DNA of 5,501 bases from Candidatus Iainarchaeum sp. (GTDB lineage Archaea; Iainarchaeota; Iainarchaeia; Iainarchaeales; GCA-2688035), in the NCBI GenBank assembly GCA_028713935.1, contig JAQTNI010000055.1, positions 1-5,501 on the forward strand, read 5' to 3'. The notes under the pieces were generated by a model, which made no database searches, had not been told where the DNA came from, and worked only from the letters and a program-made list of their open reading frames with translations. Position numbers and translations under genes: made by a program. Positions 4,900 to 5,501 of this stretch are shown in pieces (the first letter of the stretch is position 1; the number at the start of each line of letters is the position of its first letter).

Positions 4900-5346
4900 C
4901 TATTGAGTGCCCCTCTTAATGGACATTTTTTCAGCTTCTTTTTCCGCTTCCTTTTTTTCCTCTTTTTTCTTTTCAGCTTCTTTTTCCTGTTCAACCTGCT
5001 CTTTTGTTTTTTTTTCAACTGCCTTTTTTTCCTCTTTTTTTGCCTTTTTTTCCGGCAATTTTTCGCCTGGCAATAACACTCTTAAATTTTCTTCTTCAAA
5101 AACAGCTTTTACTTTTATTTTTCTCGGCACATGCTCAATTCCCCGGCTCCAGATAAGCTCGTTCACTGCATTTGAAACAAGGACTTTTTCTTCTGAAACC
5201 CGAAAATGCTTTTTCATGAACGCCTTGAGAATATTAATCGCCTTTGCAGCCCTTTTTGTCCTTGGCTTTTCATATGCCTTTACAAGCGGCACAATGATTT
5301 CCCGTTCAATTTTCACTGTTTTTTTTTCAGGTTTTGCCTTTGCCAT
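4900..5346 (-). CDS. rpl31e: 50S ribosomal protein L31e with a Lys/Glu-rich C-terminal extension of about 55 aa
   Basis: 148-aa ORF. The core, IVPLVKAYEKPRTKRAAKAINILKAFMKKHFRVSEEKVLVSNAVNELIWSRGIEHVPRKIKVKAVFEEE, matches the L31e pattern (PL+.a...p..kRa.kAi..i+.f..KHf.v....V.l....Ne..W.RG....P.KirV). A GTGAT SD-like motif lies about 5 nt upstream of ATG 5346. Stop is TAG at 4900..4902. Confidence 0.9.
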   Translation of the reverse strand: MAKAKPEKKTVKIEREIIVPLVKAYEKPRTKRAAKAINILKAFMKKHFRVSEEKVLVSNAVNELIWSRGIEHVPRKIKVKAVFEEENLRVLLPGEKLPEKKAKKEEKKAVEKKTKEQVEQEKEAEKKKEEKKEAEKEAEKMSIKRGTQ

Positions 5347-5365
5347 TCAAAATCACTTTAAAAAT

Positions 5366-5501
5366 TCAGTTCCTTTTTTTCCTGAGTTTTTTCTTTGTCT
5401 TTGGCTTCATGTGCCTTTTTTTCAGGTCAGCAATCTTTTTCATCTTTGTCCTGAACATGTGCCCCATTTCAACATTTTTCCAGTGCCTTTTCTGCTTCGG
5501 G
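5366..5501 (-). CDS. rpl39e: 3' part of a small, very basic protein, probably ribosomal protein L39e with a C-terminal extension (5' end outside window)
   Basis: Hand translation gives an open frame from the window edge to TGA at 5368..5366: PKQKRHWKNVEMGHMFRTKMKKIADLKKRHMKPKTKKKLRKKRN*. PKQKRHWKN resembles the conserved HPKRRHWRR motif near the L39e C-terminus. L39e is the canonical gene immediately upstream of rpl31e. Only the tail is visible, so the call rests on one short motif plus synteny. Confidence 0.45.
   Translation of the reverse strand, partial: PKQKRHWKNVEMGHMFRTKMKKIADLKKRHMKPKTKKKLRKKRN

Noticed and set aside
4872-5018. 49-codon N-terminal extension of the eif6 ORF (MKKKQKSRLNRKKKLKRKKRKKRKRKKK...)
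   Set aside because: It overlaps the rpl31e tail in another frame and is pure poly-Lys/Arg from a purine-rich stretch. The canonical eIF6 N-terminus starts at the internal Met (4871), which gives the normal protein length of about 220 aa.
4900-5018. Programmed +1 frameshift at the A9 run (5015-5007) fusing L31e to aIF6
   Set aside because: The open overlapping frame is explained trivially by the absence of T in the purine-rich tail. There is no recognisable frameshift stimulator, and the two proteins have separate, well-defined termini.
1968-5076. Plus-strand ORFs 1968-2225, 2422-3066, 2693-3130, 3564-3758, 3924-4166, 4367-4585, 4369-4788, 4710-4919 and 4810-5076
   Set aside because: All lie antisense to confidently identified minus-strand genes (ftsY, pfdA, rplX, eif6, rpl31e). 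They give Ser/Phe/Leu-rich low-complexity products, several use non-ATG starts, and none has an SD-like motif.
1-5501. Defence island, toxin-antitoxin pair, CRISPR array, transposase or integrase
   Set aside because: No repeat-spacer periodicity, no nuclease, integrase or transposase motifs, and no small paired ORFs. Coding capacity is fully accounted for by housekeeping genes and the two membrane proteins.

Overview
AT-rich archaeal window. All eight genes I can support lie on the minus strand. In transcription order (right to left) they are: the 3' end of a small basic L39e-like protein, ribosomal protein L31e, translation initiation factor aIF6, ribosomal protein LX (eL20/L18Ae), prefoldin alpha and the SRP receptor FtsY. 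This is the conserved archaeal rpl39e-rpl31e-eif6-rplX-pfdA-ftsY cluster. It is followed by a small multi-pass membrane protein and a DUF2207-type membrane protein. The DUF2207 gene runs off the left edge with no stop codon in the window, so it is missing from the supplied ORF track; I recovered it by translating the reverse complement by hand. Every plus-strand ORF in the track looks like an antisense shadow of these A/G-rich minus-strand genes. I see no CRISPR array, transposase, tRNA/rRNA, or toxin or defence module, so most of the window is ordinary housekeeping. The exception is the 174-nt eif6-rplX spacer. It holds a 34-nt near-identical duplicate of the eif6 3' end, placed directly in front of rplX and still forming a 10-codon mini-ORF. 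It also holds a very compact 77-nt element made of an 11-bp perfect closing stem (or terminal inverted repeat) around two abutting 25-nt hairpins of identical architecture. This is a candidate structured RNA, cis-regulator or miniature insertion that I cannot assign to a known family. Secondary oddities are Lys/Glu-rich C-terminal extensions on both L31e and the L39e-like protein, a TTG start for ftsY, and an oligo-T tract inside the operon.
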